Source of the DNA: Fistulifera solaris
Taxonomy: Eukaryota
Reading direction: 5' to 3'
NCBI GenBank assembly: GCA_030295235.1
Contig: AP026126.1
Coordinates: 1,736,001-1,800,000 of the forward strand
DNA length: 64,000 bases
A program made the translations under genes and the position numbers. The notes under the pieces were generated by a model. The model did not search any database and was not told the DNA's origin. It was given only the letters and a program-made list of their open reading frames with translations. Below, in pieces: positions 48,213 through 60,338 of this stretch. How positions within the stretch are numbered: position 1 is the first letter of the stretch; every line of letters starts with the position of its first letter.

Positions 48213-50048
48213 CGTGGTTTAATTGTTTGGTTTGCAGTATTTATATACAGTGCCAGAATGGCGAATTATTCCTGACACGACATGATCGAAACTTTCTGAC
48301 CGTGTAGCGATGTAATGAGGACAATAGAAACGTTTCCGTTATTCAAAGAAAAGGAAGATTTGAATCTGATAGATTGATGACGTGACGAATTTTCTGTCAA
48401 AAGGAAGAAGGGAAATAATAACGAATTCGTCAGCGAAAATTGAAAGGCAGAACTTGACAAATGGCTCCGCAATTTCAAATTCAAAGAAGATGCATCAGTG
48501 CTTCAATCTAAAGATATAAACAATAACGCAAAGACTAAGACTGATTCATTGACCAAGCAACGTTTTGAATGTGTGGCCCTGCCTCGATGAGAACGCAAGA
48601 AGGCAGAATTTGCATCGGAATTCATGACTGAAACCAGTTCACGAACCAGTTCACCACGTCCTCAATTATGTCGCCTTTGCAACAACGCCACGGCAAACGA
48701 TCGCAATCGCCGCACTCGAAATAAACTTTTTATTCAATATCGTTCCTTAATCACTCACCTTGTTTCGGATGTGTCAAAGGAAGGAAAGAATTTTGTTGGA
48801 GCTTGAAATTTGTCTTCAAAAATTGGATCGGTGGAGAGAGTGGAAAAGACGTCGGTAAAACAGACGCGAGAAGGCGAGAGCTCGAGGAGTTCGGAGGACG
48901 ACCGAACAAGCAAAGCGGAGGAGTTTACGTCGTGCATCCGCATGTAGGCGGTATGACGACAGACTACACTATACAGAAATACTGTACCTTGCGATTTCGG
49001 ACGGCGCGTGAATCTCGAACCTGCAACAAAGCCGGAGCCAGTAAAGTAGTGAAGACAGAAACTATCTGTCCGTGAGTGGGTGTCGACAAAAATGATACAC
49101 TTTAAGTACTTATTAATACGATCTGATTGAACCTTCTTTATTTTTATCACAGTCCCCGATGTTGCGCAAACTCGAACTTCCCACTGACGGTTCTTAAAAT
49201 AGAACGATCTGCTTTTGATTCCCAAGACAGTTGGTTTCTGCAATCCAGAAAGAAGACTTTCCGTGGTGTATTGTGTACTCTGAAAATAATGTTCTGACAC
49301 GCAGAAGACGACGATGGACGGGAAAAAGACGAACGCACTTGGAACTTTCCCCACAGAACTTTTTCTTCCCGGTCCGGCAACAGGAATTTGGGAGGAATGT
49401 GTGGTGGCAAAAACACCGACGAAAAGGTAAGGAGTAAACTAAATCCTTCCACGAATGACGAGGTCTTTTATGAGTCTAAGCCTCCGCAGGCAACAACATC
49501 AAAGCATTGAAAAGTGTATGAAGTAAAGACTAATCATGTAATTTAGACCATGTGTTTTATCTACTGCGCTCTTATGAACCTAAATAGACAAGGAGGGACA
49601 CTACATCATCGAGTTTTGTTGCAGGATCGGACGATGTGTTCGAGGGTAGGTTTTACTACCAGTATCATCAAAACCATGAAGCATGAAGTTACCTAGTAGT
49701 CACTTACTCTTTTATCTATAAACTGTAGCTAAGTTAGTCACGACCAATTTGCGGGCACGAGTCAGTCGTCAAGGATATTGATGCAGCTAAAGATGACGAC
49801 TTTTACCTGACTCGGGTAGAACATTCAATCACGGTAGGTGTTAACCTGCGTCATCTCTTTCGTTTTTACACCGCAACAGCAACACCACATCCACCAACCA
49901 ACGACAGCATCAAGATTTGCACATCACGAAACGTTTCAAACGGAGGTGACCTTGTTTCGGACCAAACAAGTGAATTTCGGAATATTTATCCTACAGCGCT
50001 GTGAATTGCGTCGAATTGAAAGTCGTTAGGTACCTTTGAAAAAACAGA

Positions 50049-52129
50049 ATGAAATTTCAATTCAACATGTCACTTTTAGGGCTAGTGGCTTCGATGGCAG
50101 CACGACGAGGCCTGGCATTTGTGCCTTCCTTCCAAACGACGACACGAAATGCATTAATGAAAAATCATGTCATGCCGTTGACACGTCACTTCATGTCGAC
50201 ATTAGCACCGCCAGCCGAACAATCGGAAGCGGAAGAAATCGTTCAGCTACCAACCAACGAAGACGACGAAGAACTCTTGAAAATTCGTCACTCTTCGGCA
50301 CACGTCATGGCCATGGCGGTGCAGCAAGTTTTCCCGGAAGCGCAAGTAACAATAGGACCTTGGATTGACAACGGATTTTACTACGATTTTTATTTTCCCG
50401 AGACAGTCAACAAGGAAACAGGAGAAACAGTACCTTCGCGAAAATTGACCGAACAAGACTTGAAGGCCGTCAAAAAAGAAATGGACAAGATCATTTCCAA
50501 AGATTATCCCATTCGAAGAGAAGAAGTGTCGAGAGAAGAAGCCCAGCGACGAATTAATGAGATAAATGAGCCATTCAAGTTGGAGATTCTGGATAGCATC
50601 AAGACGGAACCTATTACGATCTATCACATTGGCGAAGAATGGTGGGACCTGTGCGCTGGTCCTCATGTCGAATCGACCAGCCGTATCCCGAAAAAGGCTA
50701 TTAGTTTGGATAGCGTGGCAGGTGCTTACTGGCGCGGTGATGAAAAGCGAGAGATGCTTCAGCGTATTTATGCAACGGCGTGGAAGGATCCTCAGCAACT
50801 CAAGCAATACAAGAAAATGTTGGAGGAAGCGAAAAAGCGTGATCATCGAATGCTGGGAAAGAAGCTCGACCTGTTCTCCGTTCAAGAGGAAGCTGGTGGA
50901 GGTCTAGTATTTTGGCATCCCAAAGGATCGAAAATTCGTCGAATGATTGAGGACTTCTGGAAGAATGCTCACGAGGACGCTGGTTACGACATTGTTTACT
51001 CGCCTCATATCGCCAACATAAATCTTTGGAAAACATCGGGTCACTTTGATTTTTACCGTTCTGATATGTTTGACCAGATGGACGTCGAAAACGAACAATA
51101 TCAAATAAAGCCGATGAACTGTCCCTTCCATTGCCTCATGTTCAAAGACGAGCTTCGGTCCTACCGAGACTTGCCATTCCGATGGGCGGAACTGGGAACC
51201 GTTTATCGGTAAGTCTATGCAATATGTTTTGTCGAAGTGCCTTTTCATACGGCTCTCACTTCTGTCGTTTGCAGTTACGAACGATCAGGAACTCTTCACG
51301 GATTGATGAGAGTACGAGGATTCACCCAGGATGACGCACACATTTTTTGTTTACCCGAACAGCTTGAAGACGAAATCGTCGGCGTTCTAGATCTAACCGA
51401 GCGGATCTTATCACGATTCGGCTTTGATAAGTACGATATCATGCTATCCACCAAGCCGGAGAAAGCTGTCGGGTCTGATGATATCTGGGAAGCTGCTACA
51501 AAGGCTTTAGAGGGGGCATTGAAAAGAAGGGATGGGAATATGGTGTCGATGAAGGTGGCGGTGCTTTTTATGGTCCGAAGATCGATTTGAAAATAAGAGA
51601 CGCTATTGGCCGTCAGTGGCAGTGCTCCACCGTGCAATGCGATTTCAACCTTCCAGATCGGTTTGGTTTAGAATATGTAAGCGCCGAAGGAACTAGAGAG
51701 CAGCCCATCATGGTTCATCGTGCTATCTTCGGCTCTATGGAACGTTTTTTCGGCATTCTCATTGAGAACTGCTCTGGGGACTTCCCTCTATGGCTAGCTC
51801 CAACTCAGTTCAAGCTTCTACCGGTCACGGACGCCGTTCAGAATTACTGCAACGAAGTTGCGGCTAAAGCAAGGAAAATGGGCATTCGGGTAGAGGTAGA
51901 TCGTGGCTCTGAACGTTTGGCGAAGCAAATTCGAAATGCAGAACAGCAACGAGTCCCAATCATGGCCGTTGTAGGAGTCAAAGAAATGGAGACGAACAAC
52001 CTGGCTGTAAGAAGCCGTAAGCTGGGAGACTTGGGTTCATTCAATGTCGACGATCTTCTCTCGGAATTAAGTCGGTGTTCTGCAGCAGCAGAGGAGATGA
52101 CGATGCAGGGAGACAAATCAGCAGAATAA
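50049..52129 (+). CDS. thrS: Threonyl-tRNA synthetase, organellar type
   Basis: RHSSAH, GFYYDF, DLCAGPHV, RDHR, KPMNCP, RVRGFTQDDAH, GAFYGPKID and HRAIFGSMERF. Intron 51209-51274. One A missing near 51522. N-terminal targeting peptide. Confidence 0.96.
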
Positions 52130-52443
52130 TGATAAGCGAGTATTGCTAGTATCACGACTCTTTCCGTTTAGTCTTTATCTCTTGACCAAAGCAAAGAGGA
52201 GTAGCTTGATATCAACATACTACACGACCTTGTGTTGCGAGGGCATATCATACGGTTCATCGAACGAACTTCTAAGCAACAACAATAGACAGCAAGTCTA
52301 CAGATCATAAACTACTTGAACAAAAAAAACGAAAGACGAGCAAGCCCAAGCGTCAAGATCAAGATAGACCGCTCTATTGTGTACCCTTTGAACGACTCGA
52401 GTTTCAAGGCGGGAGATGATTTCGCTACATCATTACATTGTGA

Positions 52444-52883
52444 TTAGCTGCTTTTGACCATCTTCTTTGCTTGGGTGCCCTCTCTGAAACCGTTCTTGAA
52501 TTTTCGTGTCATATCCTTCATGTATCGCATACGACCAACGCCTGTTGTACGACGACCTTTAGCTTTCAAAGCCCAGTTGTACGAACGCATCTTCTTGGCA
52601 GGGTATCCGCAAGAAGAGCAGGTCGCCTTTTGGATGTGATATGAAACCTTTCCACATCGTCGGCAGGTTGTGTGCGACTTCGTGTGTCGCTTTCCGAATG
52701 AAGTGGTACCTTTAGTCTGTTAAGCAATAATTCGCGAAGCGAAGAGGTATTAGAAATAATCATCACAAAAATCGGTCGACAAGACAGCCAATGAACCTTC
52801 CGTCCCTCTTAACAGCGACGCATCTATTCTTTGAGCTCTGCTGTAATCTCTGGATCACTTTAAAACCACCAAGAACTCACCAT
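52444..52883 (-). CDS. RPL37: 60S ribosomal protein L37 (eL37); not in the ORF track
   Basis: Exon 1 is the ATG alone (52881-52883), intron 52717-52880 (GTGAGT...AACAG), exon 2 52444-52716. Product: [40 protein letters not shown]...[15 protein letters not shown]. Confidence 0.97.
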
Positions 52884-53286
52884 TTTGTTTGTGAATAGTT
52901 ACACGATCTAGACAAAAACGATGCGTTCTCTATTCAAGGAGGACGGACGCTGTTGGAAGTAGCGTTGATGCAAGGAGAAAGAATAAACCTTGACAAATTT
53001 TTGTAGTAACGCGGTAAGATGCGTAAAATTAGGAATAGGGTTTTCACATAGTGAAATTGCACTGTACAATATCTGTCGGACCGGCTTTCCCGCAAATAAA
53101 CTATGGTTATTGGTTATAAAAAATGCTACAGTTTTACTCCTTATTGAGCAACAATATTATTTGCTGCAGCTTTACTCCTAATCTAGAAACAGGAAAATGA
53201 CAAATCGCGAAACGCATCGACCTCTCTACTGGTACATTAGCCTCAGAGTATCGTTATTGCTATTCTGGTGTCATTCCCATCCATCA

Positions 53287-55184
53287 CTATGTTAAAAGCG
53301 GTCTCAGCAGATCCGGATGACACGGTCTATCTCGCATTTGAAACGCAGGATCATCAGATCGCCTCGCATTATCGACTCCATTTTCACCAAAAGTCTTTCT
53401 CAACGCCGAAAAGGCTACCTGTTTTAACATTTCTAACGTTTGCATTTCACCCAAGCGTATATGTTCTACTGTCCATTTCCGTGTCCCAAAGGCTTCACGG
53501 TTTAATCGACCCACGAGCCTCCTCTGCTCCTCCAAAGTCGTATTGAAGCGAGATAAGGCGGTAGACGCGAATCGAGCAATACACATCTGCGTTCGGTACT
53601 CCAGCGCATCGTTCGTGGGAAGTAGTACAAACGTCTCGCCATCCACGGAAGACTCGCTCCTCAACGCATCTTGTATCATCCGAGTGGCATTGCCGTTGTA
53701 GTCCCGATGGGTCAACGAAATCAGACGACAAGTACCAAACAAGAGATTCCCATTAAATTGAAGGTCTCCGTCCAAGTGGGCGTCAGGTGGCGGTTCGAGC
53801 GTAATAGGTCCATTGGTCGACCGTCCCGGTTTGGAATCTTTGTCACGAGGTGACATCTGCGCAACCCAATGGTTTTCCTTACCAGCAATAGACATCAAGT
53901 AAGCAAATTTCCATTTCTTAAAGTTCCAAGCGGCTTCGTCATCTTGGAAAGGATCAATGCAAGCTTGGTAGCCGTCATCATATTGCAAATATCGAAGAAT
54001 CCGCGACGTTTCCTTCGACAGCCCTTGACTGGACCCTGATGCATGCACTGAATGCCAGAGTGCGATACTCGCTTGCGTCCACTCGCTACCATCACCATTC
54101 ACAAAACCATATCTTGCAAAAGATCCGAGTCTGTTCGCTTCCCATAGCTATCCATGACCTCAAAGCCGGGAGCGATGCTCGCAATAGCCGAAATCACAAA
54201 ACATTCCCGATCAGCGTCGTACGAAAATCCGACATTCGGCGATGCATGATGATCGTACAAATCCAAAACTGGAACCATGGCATGTGATCCGTGTTCGAGA
54301 GTCAACCCACCGACGTTTTGATACAATGCAATCTCGCTGGTAGTGAGCTGCGAAGGTTGTTCCGAACCAGACGCTGTGACAGGTAGCGGCCCAGTCCCGA
54401 AACTACGCGTCAATACATTCAAGCGCGCGGTCAGATATTCGGATCGGTCGATGAGTTGATTAAATTCTGTTGAAACTCGAGTAAACGCATCGTATTCGTC
54501 ATGAACTAACCGACGAAACATCATGACATGCGAAAACGTGGAGGAATAGGGCCCCAAAGCACTGTCCAGTTCGTCTTCGGGCCACAAAATGGGATGGAAT
54601 GCAGCATAGTCATCGTAGCTTGGCAATACGTCAGTCAAGTAGTTTCTTAAAATTGGGTTGAAGTCCGAGTTTTGTTGTATAGCTAGCTTGCGCTTGTACG
54701 CCAAATGCGCTGCTAAGAAAGCAGAATTCGGTAGCGCATCCCCATTCGTCAGTCTCGCAGTTAATAATTCGTTCCGAATAAAAGGATCTCGCAAAGCATC
54801 TAAATCCCACAGTTGCAAGTGCCGTGCAACCACCAAAATGACTTCCCCAGTTTTGATTCGTTTCGTGGCTCTCTGGGTCCTCCTGGACGGAGTTAACGAC
54901 GGATGGCAAAAGACCGCATCGTCGGCAGCAGTGCAAATTTGTTTCAAGAATCGATGAACGACGGGATCCAGAGATTCATCAAACCAATTCCACAATACTC
55001 CTATGACAACTGCCACTGTTAATACAGAACAGGCTCGGAATGTTGCGGGAGAGAGAACACCTCCCCATGGTCGACGACGTTTGCTGTGTTGAACCCTTTC
55101 CGAAGTATTTTCATTTGCTGATTTTCCTAGTGGCTTGCGACTTGCAACATATCTTCTTCGCGCTGTCATTTCCTTGTTATTCAT
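53287..55184 (-). CDS. SET-domain (Rubisco-LSMT/SETD3-like) methyltransferase with N-terminal TM anchor (frameshift near 54118)
   Basis: HPILW, VLTRSF, MVPVLDLYDHH and DSYGKRTDSDL continuing FARYGF once one T is restored. Confidence 0.82.
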
Positions 55185-55512
55185 TCAATCAATTGCGTCT
55201 ATTACGTTGAAGTGCATTCACCTGCATCTTTTCACTCCCCGATATATCGGCCTTAAAGACCTATTTCACAGCATCATTTTTTTCGGCGTTTTTTACCGAG
55301 AGATTTCCAAGACTGATCCAACTGCCAGTCCCGAAGCCGTTCGACAGCATCAGAGATTGCCGTGAGCCACCAGTAGTACAAAAAATGGACAAAGTAAAGT
55401 ACCAAATGGAGCAATGACGTTATGTTTTACTTTTAAAGCTGCTTGAAAAATTCACCGCACGATCATTGACGTCGAGATTAAGGACGGATTGCTCTCTCTA
55501 AAAATGACTATG

Positions 55513-55559
55513 GGTAAAAGTGTAAGCGACCTTTGACCACGAATGGATTTCAGTCATGA
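55513..55559 (+). repeat. Dispersed intergenic element, long form
   Basis: GGTAAAAGTGTAAGCGACCTTTGACCACGAATGGATTTCAGTCATGA. A further core copy lies at 55774-55792. Confidence 0.7.
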
Positions 55560-55888
55560 GCCAGAACAGCTTTTTTACTCGTTCTTGTGTCTCTCGCATC
55601 TCTGCAATGGTGTGATTCCCCTTGTAAACAAACGCTTTGCTTTCAAGGCGGCTTGAAGTTACGACAAATTACATTTTTACGATGCAAATCTTGATCATAT
55701 TGATATCGAAATTCGTCCCGGATCGTTTGCCTCGGCTTTACTATAGCCAATAACTGTTAACCGTTTTTGGCAAGACTGAATTTCAGTCATGAGACAGCAT
55801 ATTGTCTATTGACACCGATCCATCAAAACAAAAAAGACAAGGATTATTATTTTGACATTACAATCCTTATTTTCTTACAAGGACGGAT

Positions 55889-57612
55889 ATGACAACGTTT
55901 CGTAAGTTTGCTATGAAATTGTCGACACTTTTACTCCTCGCGTGTCAAGCAGGCGCTTTCGCTTCGGCATTTCATCCGGAATCGGCAATTGTCTCAATTC
56001 ACGGCCAAAGGCTCAATAACAGTAAAACCCGATTGACGAGCTGCAATGATGATGACCATCGTGCTGCAGAAGAAATTAGTCGAGGTGGTGCATCCGGATC
56101 ATTACCGAAAACTGTGCCACCTCTTCCGACATTCAAGCAATTTCGCAATTTTGCTTTCCCTTGTTTAGCTTTGTGGGTCGCTGGCCCATTACTCAGTTTA
56201 GTGGACACCTCCTTCATTGGATTGTCGGGATCCGCCGACCAGTCCGCCGCACAACTCGCGGCATTGGGTCCTGCCACAACTTTCTTTGACGGAGCGACCT
56301 ATCTTTTCATGTTTCTGAACGTGGCCACCACCAATTTGTATTCGTCGGCACGCGCCCAAACGGGCGATAAGAGCCCCAAAACCGAGTCCGTCGTACGAAC
56401 GGCAGCCAATGTGGCGTTTCGTTCGGGTGTCGGCTTGATGATTTTCTTATTGACCTTCTCGAAGCCATTGCTGAAACTGTACGTGGGTGAAAAAGCCGCC
56501 AGTTCACCGGGTCTCTTGCAGTCCGCGTGCGACTATGTGAATATTCGTGCCTTAAGTATGCCAACGACTCTCTTGTTGGGAGTCATACAAGCCGCTCTAT
56601 TGGGCGCACAAGACTCGGTGTCACCTCTCATTGCTATTGTTTATTCCACCATCTGCAACGTCGTGGGAGACTTTTTGTTAGTAAATCGATTCAACATGGG
56701 ATTGCAGGGAGCCGCCATTGCCACCACGGTGGCACAGTATGCTGCTACGGCAGCGTTGATTGTCACTGCCCGACGTAAGCTGGTGCGAGATAAGAACTTG
56801 GGTATAATCTCCAAACCGGTGGATGGCGCCGTGAGTGCGCGGACGTTCCTCGGCTTTGCGGCACCCGTATTAACACTCATCTTGGGGAAATTGGCAGCCT
56901 TTGGCTTCATGACCAATTCTGCGGCCGCCTTACCGGGTCAACCAACACCGCTGGCTGTCCACCAAATCATTCTGAGTCTACTCTTTTCTGCAGTCCTTTT
57001 CTGGAAGTCATTAGTCAAACAGCGCAGACATTCTTGCCGCAATTTCTGGCGCCGCCCCTCGAGTACGCGGAACAAATGAAGAAGCGAAATTCGTCTTATG
57101 TTGCAGAGAAAGATACGAGTCTAACTCCTTGGTACAATTCGGCTCAAACGTTTTCTACCCAACTGCTCGGTCTGGGTCTAGTGGCCGCGACCGTAGTCGC
57201 CAGTACCGCCAGCTTGATTCCGGCCTATTTCGGTCATCTCATTACACAAGATGCCACCGTGCAACAAGCGGTGAAACCTTTGGCCCGGTACTTGTGGCTT
57301 GGTACATTCTTTTGGGCCCCCACTGCGGTTGGCGAGGGTGTTTTGCTGGCCCGTCGTGAGCTGAGCTTCCTCGCGTCGGTGTATCTGGTCAGCACGGCGC
57401 TGTTACCACCCGCTTTATTGCGCATCAAGATTCTACAAGGCGATGTGAGTCAAGTGTGGGCTTGCTTTGCTGTCTTTCAGATCTTCCGTGCTTCGTGTTT
57501 TGCGGCTCGCATTTGGGGCGGTCCTTTGCTGTCCCGCCTGGACAATCTCTTGCGTGGCAATGGACCAATTCGTGTATCCTCGGTGAATGGACAATCCAAA
57601 GCAAAGAAGTAA
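55889..57612 (+). CDS. MATE (DinF-like) transporter, probably plastid-targeted (frameshift near 56985)
   Basis: [27 protein letters not shown] and GLQGAAIAT; multiple TM helices; signal peptide with ASAF motif. Confidence 0.92.
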
Positions 57613-57720
57613 CAATTTACATGAATTACTGACAGAACACTAGAAGTACTTTAATTGAATGGTTAGCTAAGAATGATTCAATTCTTGTAATAGCACGCGT
57701 TCCTATCGTTCCTTTTTCCA

Positions 57721-58500
57721 TTAAAACTTGAATCGCACCCGCGGATCTCGATCCACCGTCTCGTACAAAGCATACAACATGGCCGCCGATTGTACCGGTG
57801 CCTTGACCGTCACCGACGTCCACTTGCCCACCATGCGTACACTGTGCGATACATCTTGGACGGTGACTTCACACGCTTCTGCCACGACGGCAACCATTTC
57901 CTCCACAAACAACCCTTCGTTCGCGCCGACAATTTTTAACGTGAATTCGCAAGGATATTCCACTAAAGCCTCAAAGACACGTGATTTCTTCCCCGTGACT
58001 TCATCGGCGTACAATGTGTATCCCTGGTCGTCCGTTTCGGGATTGGTGATATCATTGACCGACGCCGGACCAATTCCCACAAAGGGTTTCGACGACGACG
58101 ACGACGACGACGAAGTAGTAGTCGTTTTGACGGGTGTTCCAAAGCCCTGTCCCACTTTATGCGTCGGAACACCATCAATCGTCGATGGCTGTGATGCTCG
58201 GGGAGGTTTCTTACGTCGACGTAACAAGTCTTCGACGCTTTCTTCGAACGTCGGAGGCAATGGATTGTCACTTTCGTCATTCTTCTTCTTATTATTAATG
58301 TTGTTGTCTTCCGGAACCGGATTAAAGAACGATCCCGCCGTTTTTTCATTCAACGGCATTTTCCGGCGACGACTGCTATCCCAATAGTTGTTGTAATTGT
58401 TCCGTGTTGGAAAGGGTGAAACGATCCACCCTTTGCAGGTAAAGAGTCCCACGGAGAGCAAAGCGAGGATGGAGAAGAGTGTCTTGCCAGTGGAATGCAT
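57721..58500 (-). CDS. DUF493 (YbeD-like) domain protein, probably plastid-targeted
   Basis: EYPCEFTLKIVG...GKWTSVTV...LY...DPRVRF. Signal peptide ending CKG-W. Confidence 0.85.
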   Translation of the reverse strand: MHSTGKTLFSILALLSVGLFTCKGWIVSPFPTRNNYNNYWDSSRRRKMPLNEKTAGSFFNPVPEDNNINNKKKNDESDNPLPPTFEESVEDLLRRRKKPPRASQPSTIDGVPTHKVGQGFGTPVKTTTTSSSSSSSSKPFVGIGPASVNDITNPETDDQGYTLYADEVTGKKSRVFEALVEYPCEFTLKIVGANEGLFVEEMVAVVAEACEVTVQDVSHSVRMVGKWTSVTVKAPVQSAAMLYALYETVDRDPRVRFKF

Positions 58501-59242
58501 CCGTGCTATGTGCTATCCTTTCGTCCTTAGTTAATGAAAAGTATAGTATGGAGGGGGGAATGCGGGTATGCAAGTGTGTGGTTGAAAAAGGGAAAGGAAG
58601 AGAGTATTCTATTTTTTTTCTTGGTTGCATGTTGTGTTGTTCAGAACTTCTGTGGTGGTTGTGCGACGAGGAGGTGCGATGATGGAAAAACAACGTGAGT
58701 TGAGACAATACCAGGTACCGGTACCGTACCGGGGTACCCTGTACGAAAAGGGAGGAGACAGCAAAACATTTCAGTATGGCTGTTTTTACTATTTCATAGA
58801 AAGAGGTGGAGTCGTCGTGACGCAGTGATAAGTAACAAAACCGGTACGATGATCTTGATGCTTTAGCCGCAAAAAAGTAGGCAGGCATCTCCGCCTGGGA
58901 CTCCGCCCGGAGCCCGGAGCCCGGACTCACAAGCGGCCAACGTTTGAGACTATCAGTTTACCTGGTACCAAGAATACAGTACCGTACAAGGTATGGTACC
59001 GGTGTCTAGCCCGGACTGGCCAGAAGACTGCCCGGGCGGGGCGGACTTGGGTCGACGCCGGACTGGAATTCTGTTTTGCAAGCAGCCGCAGCCATCAAAA
59101 CGGCGCTATATTGCCGGCATTGACGATAAGAATATCATTATCTCATTTGTCATTCCAACAAGCCGGTGCTTTCTGCACTATCCTTTTATTACCATTATTT
59201 GAACGCTCACTATAGTCTCTCAATTACTTTACATCATTAGAA

Positions 59243-60196
59243 ATGGACGTGGTTCGCTCGCAAAGAGAAATGGCGCGACGGAAGCGTACGGTTGAGATTC
59301 AAGACGGAAACATACCGCCCGAATCATCATCTCCCCCCAAAGTACCCAATGCCCCCGTCAAACCACGCAAAGCCTTGTCGATTCTGCGTCGACGACGATC
59401 CAACTCGGAACCTCCGCGTCGGCGGAAACGTTTACTCGAAGATCATTACCAATTTGATCCAGAACGTCGCATTGTTTTACCCGGTGTGCCCCGCTACGAA
59501 CAAGATTTCGCCCGCGATGCGCACGATTGTTTCAATCTCATCATGTTGTTGCCCGTTATTGTATTGGATATTATGAATTGGAATTGGGATACCATTTTGT
59601 ACGCGAAACGCAGTAGTATTGCGGAGGCCTGGACGGGCGAATGGTTTGATGTATTTTTTCACGTCACGGCGTTTTATTTTGTCGTCGATTTGATTTGGAT
59701 CAGTTTGGTGCCGTCCTGCGTCAAAAGTCCCGCGACCATTATACAGCATCATTTGGCGACCATTCTGTACATTCTCATTCCTTATCTGCATACAGAGTTT
59801 CGGTGGTGTATGGGCGCATGTTTGAGTGTCGAACTCAATACGTGGTTTCTCATTGCGCGGCGCGTACTCAACAAACAAGGACTTTCGCCCTGGACCATTA
59901 GTTTGTCCTTTTTATCCATTCGAGTCAAACTCATTTCCATCTTCTTTTATACCACGTGGATTGGTATTCGTTGTATCCTGTATCCCGTCTTGATGATGCC
60001 GTTCTATCAAAATTGGATTCAGCATTCGCAAAAAGTGGGAACTAAATGGAATTTGGTCATGCTGTGTGTGCCACTGCATGCATGCTTTTGTCTTTTGAAT
60101 TTGAAATGGTCTTATGATCTCCTCATGAGCAAAGTTCGGTATTGGCGACGCAAGGGTAGTGGCAAGTACGATACTTCGATTTCCAAGGGACTGTAA
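59243..60196 (+). CDS. Multi-pass membrane protein, TLC-domain-like
   Basis: YFVVDLIW, IQHH, ELNTWFLIARR, W..IR and LNLKW motifs. Confidence 0.7.
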   Translation: MDVVRSQREMARRKRTVEIQDGNIPPESSSPPKVPNAPVKPRKALSILRRRRSNSEPPRRRKRLLEDHYQFDPERRIVLPGVPRYEQDFARDAHDCFNLIMLLPVIVLDIMNWNWDTILYAKRSSIAEAWTGEWFDVFFHVTAFYFVVDLIWISLVPSCVKSPATIIQHHLATILYILIPYLHTEFRWCMGACLSVELNTWFLIARRVLNKQGLSPWTISLSFLSIRVKLISIFFYTTWIGIRCILYPVLMMPFYQNWIQHSQKVGTKWNLVMLCVPLHACFCLLNLKWSYDLLMSKVRYWRRKGSGKYDTSISKGL

Positions 60197-60338
60197 TGCC
60201 GATCGGTTGTTCCTTATTGTAATCAAGAATCTTTCCAAGTGTTTCTATACGCACTTTGACCTAGGCCAGATGATACTTATAACAAACTTGTAAAAATGTA
60301 CAAAGTAATTAAACTCACAATTTCTATATACCTGGTAC

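Noticed and set aside
48755..49452. 199-aa and neighbouring ORFs upstream of the cyclin
   Set aside because: No recognisable motifs; likely promoter or long 5' UTR sequence.
52717..52880. snoRNA in the RPL37 intron
   Set aside because: A box C-like GTGATGA is present, but there is no downstream CTGA or terminal stem and no clear H/ACA pattern.
58091..58112. (GAC)n microsatellite
   Set aside because: Encodes an ordinary poly-Ser tract in the DUF493 gene on the minus strand.
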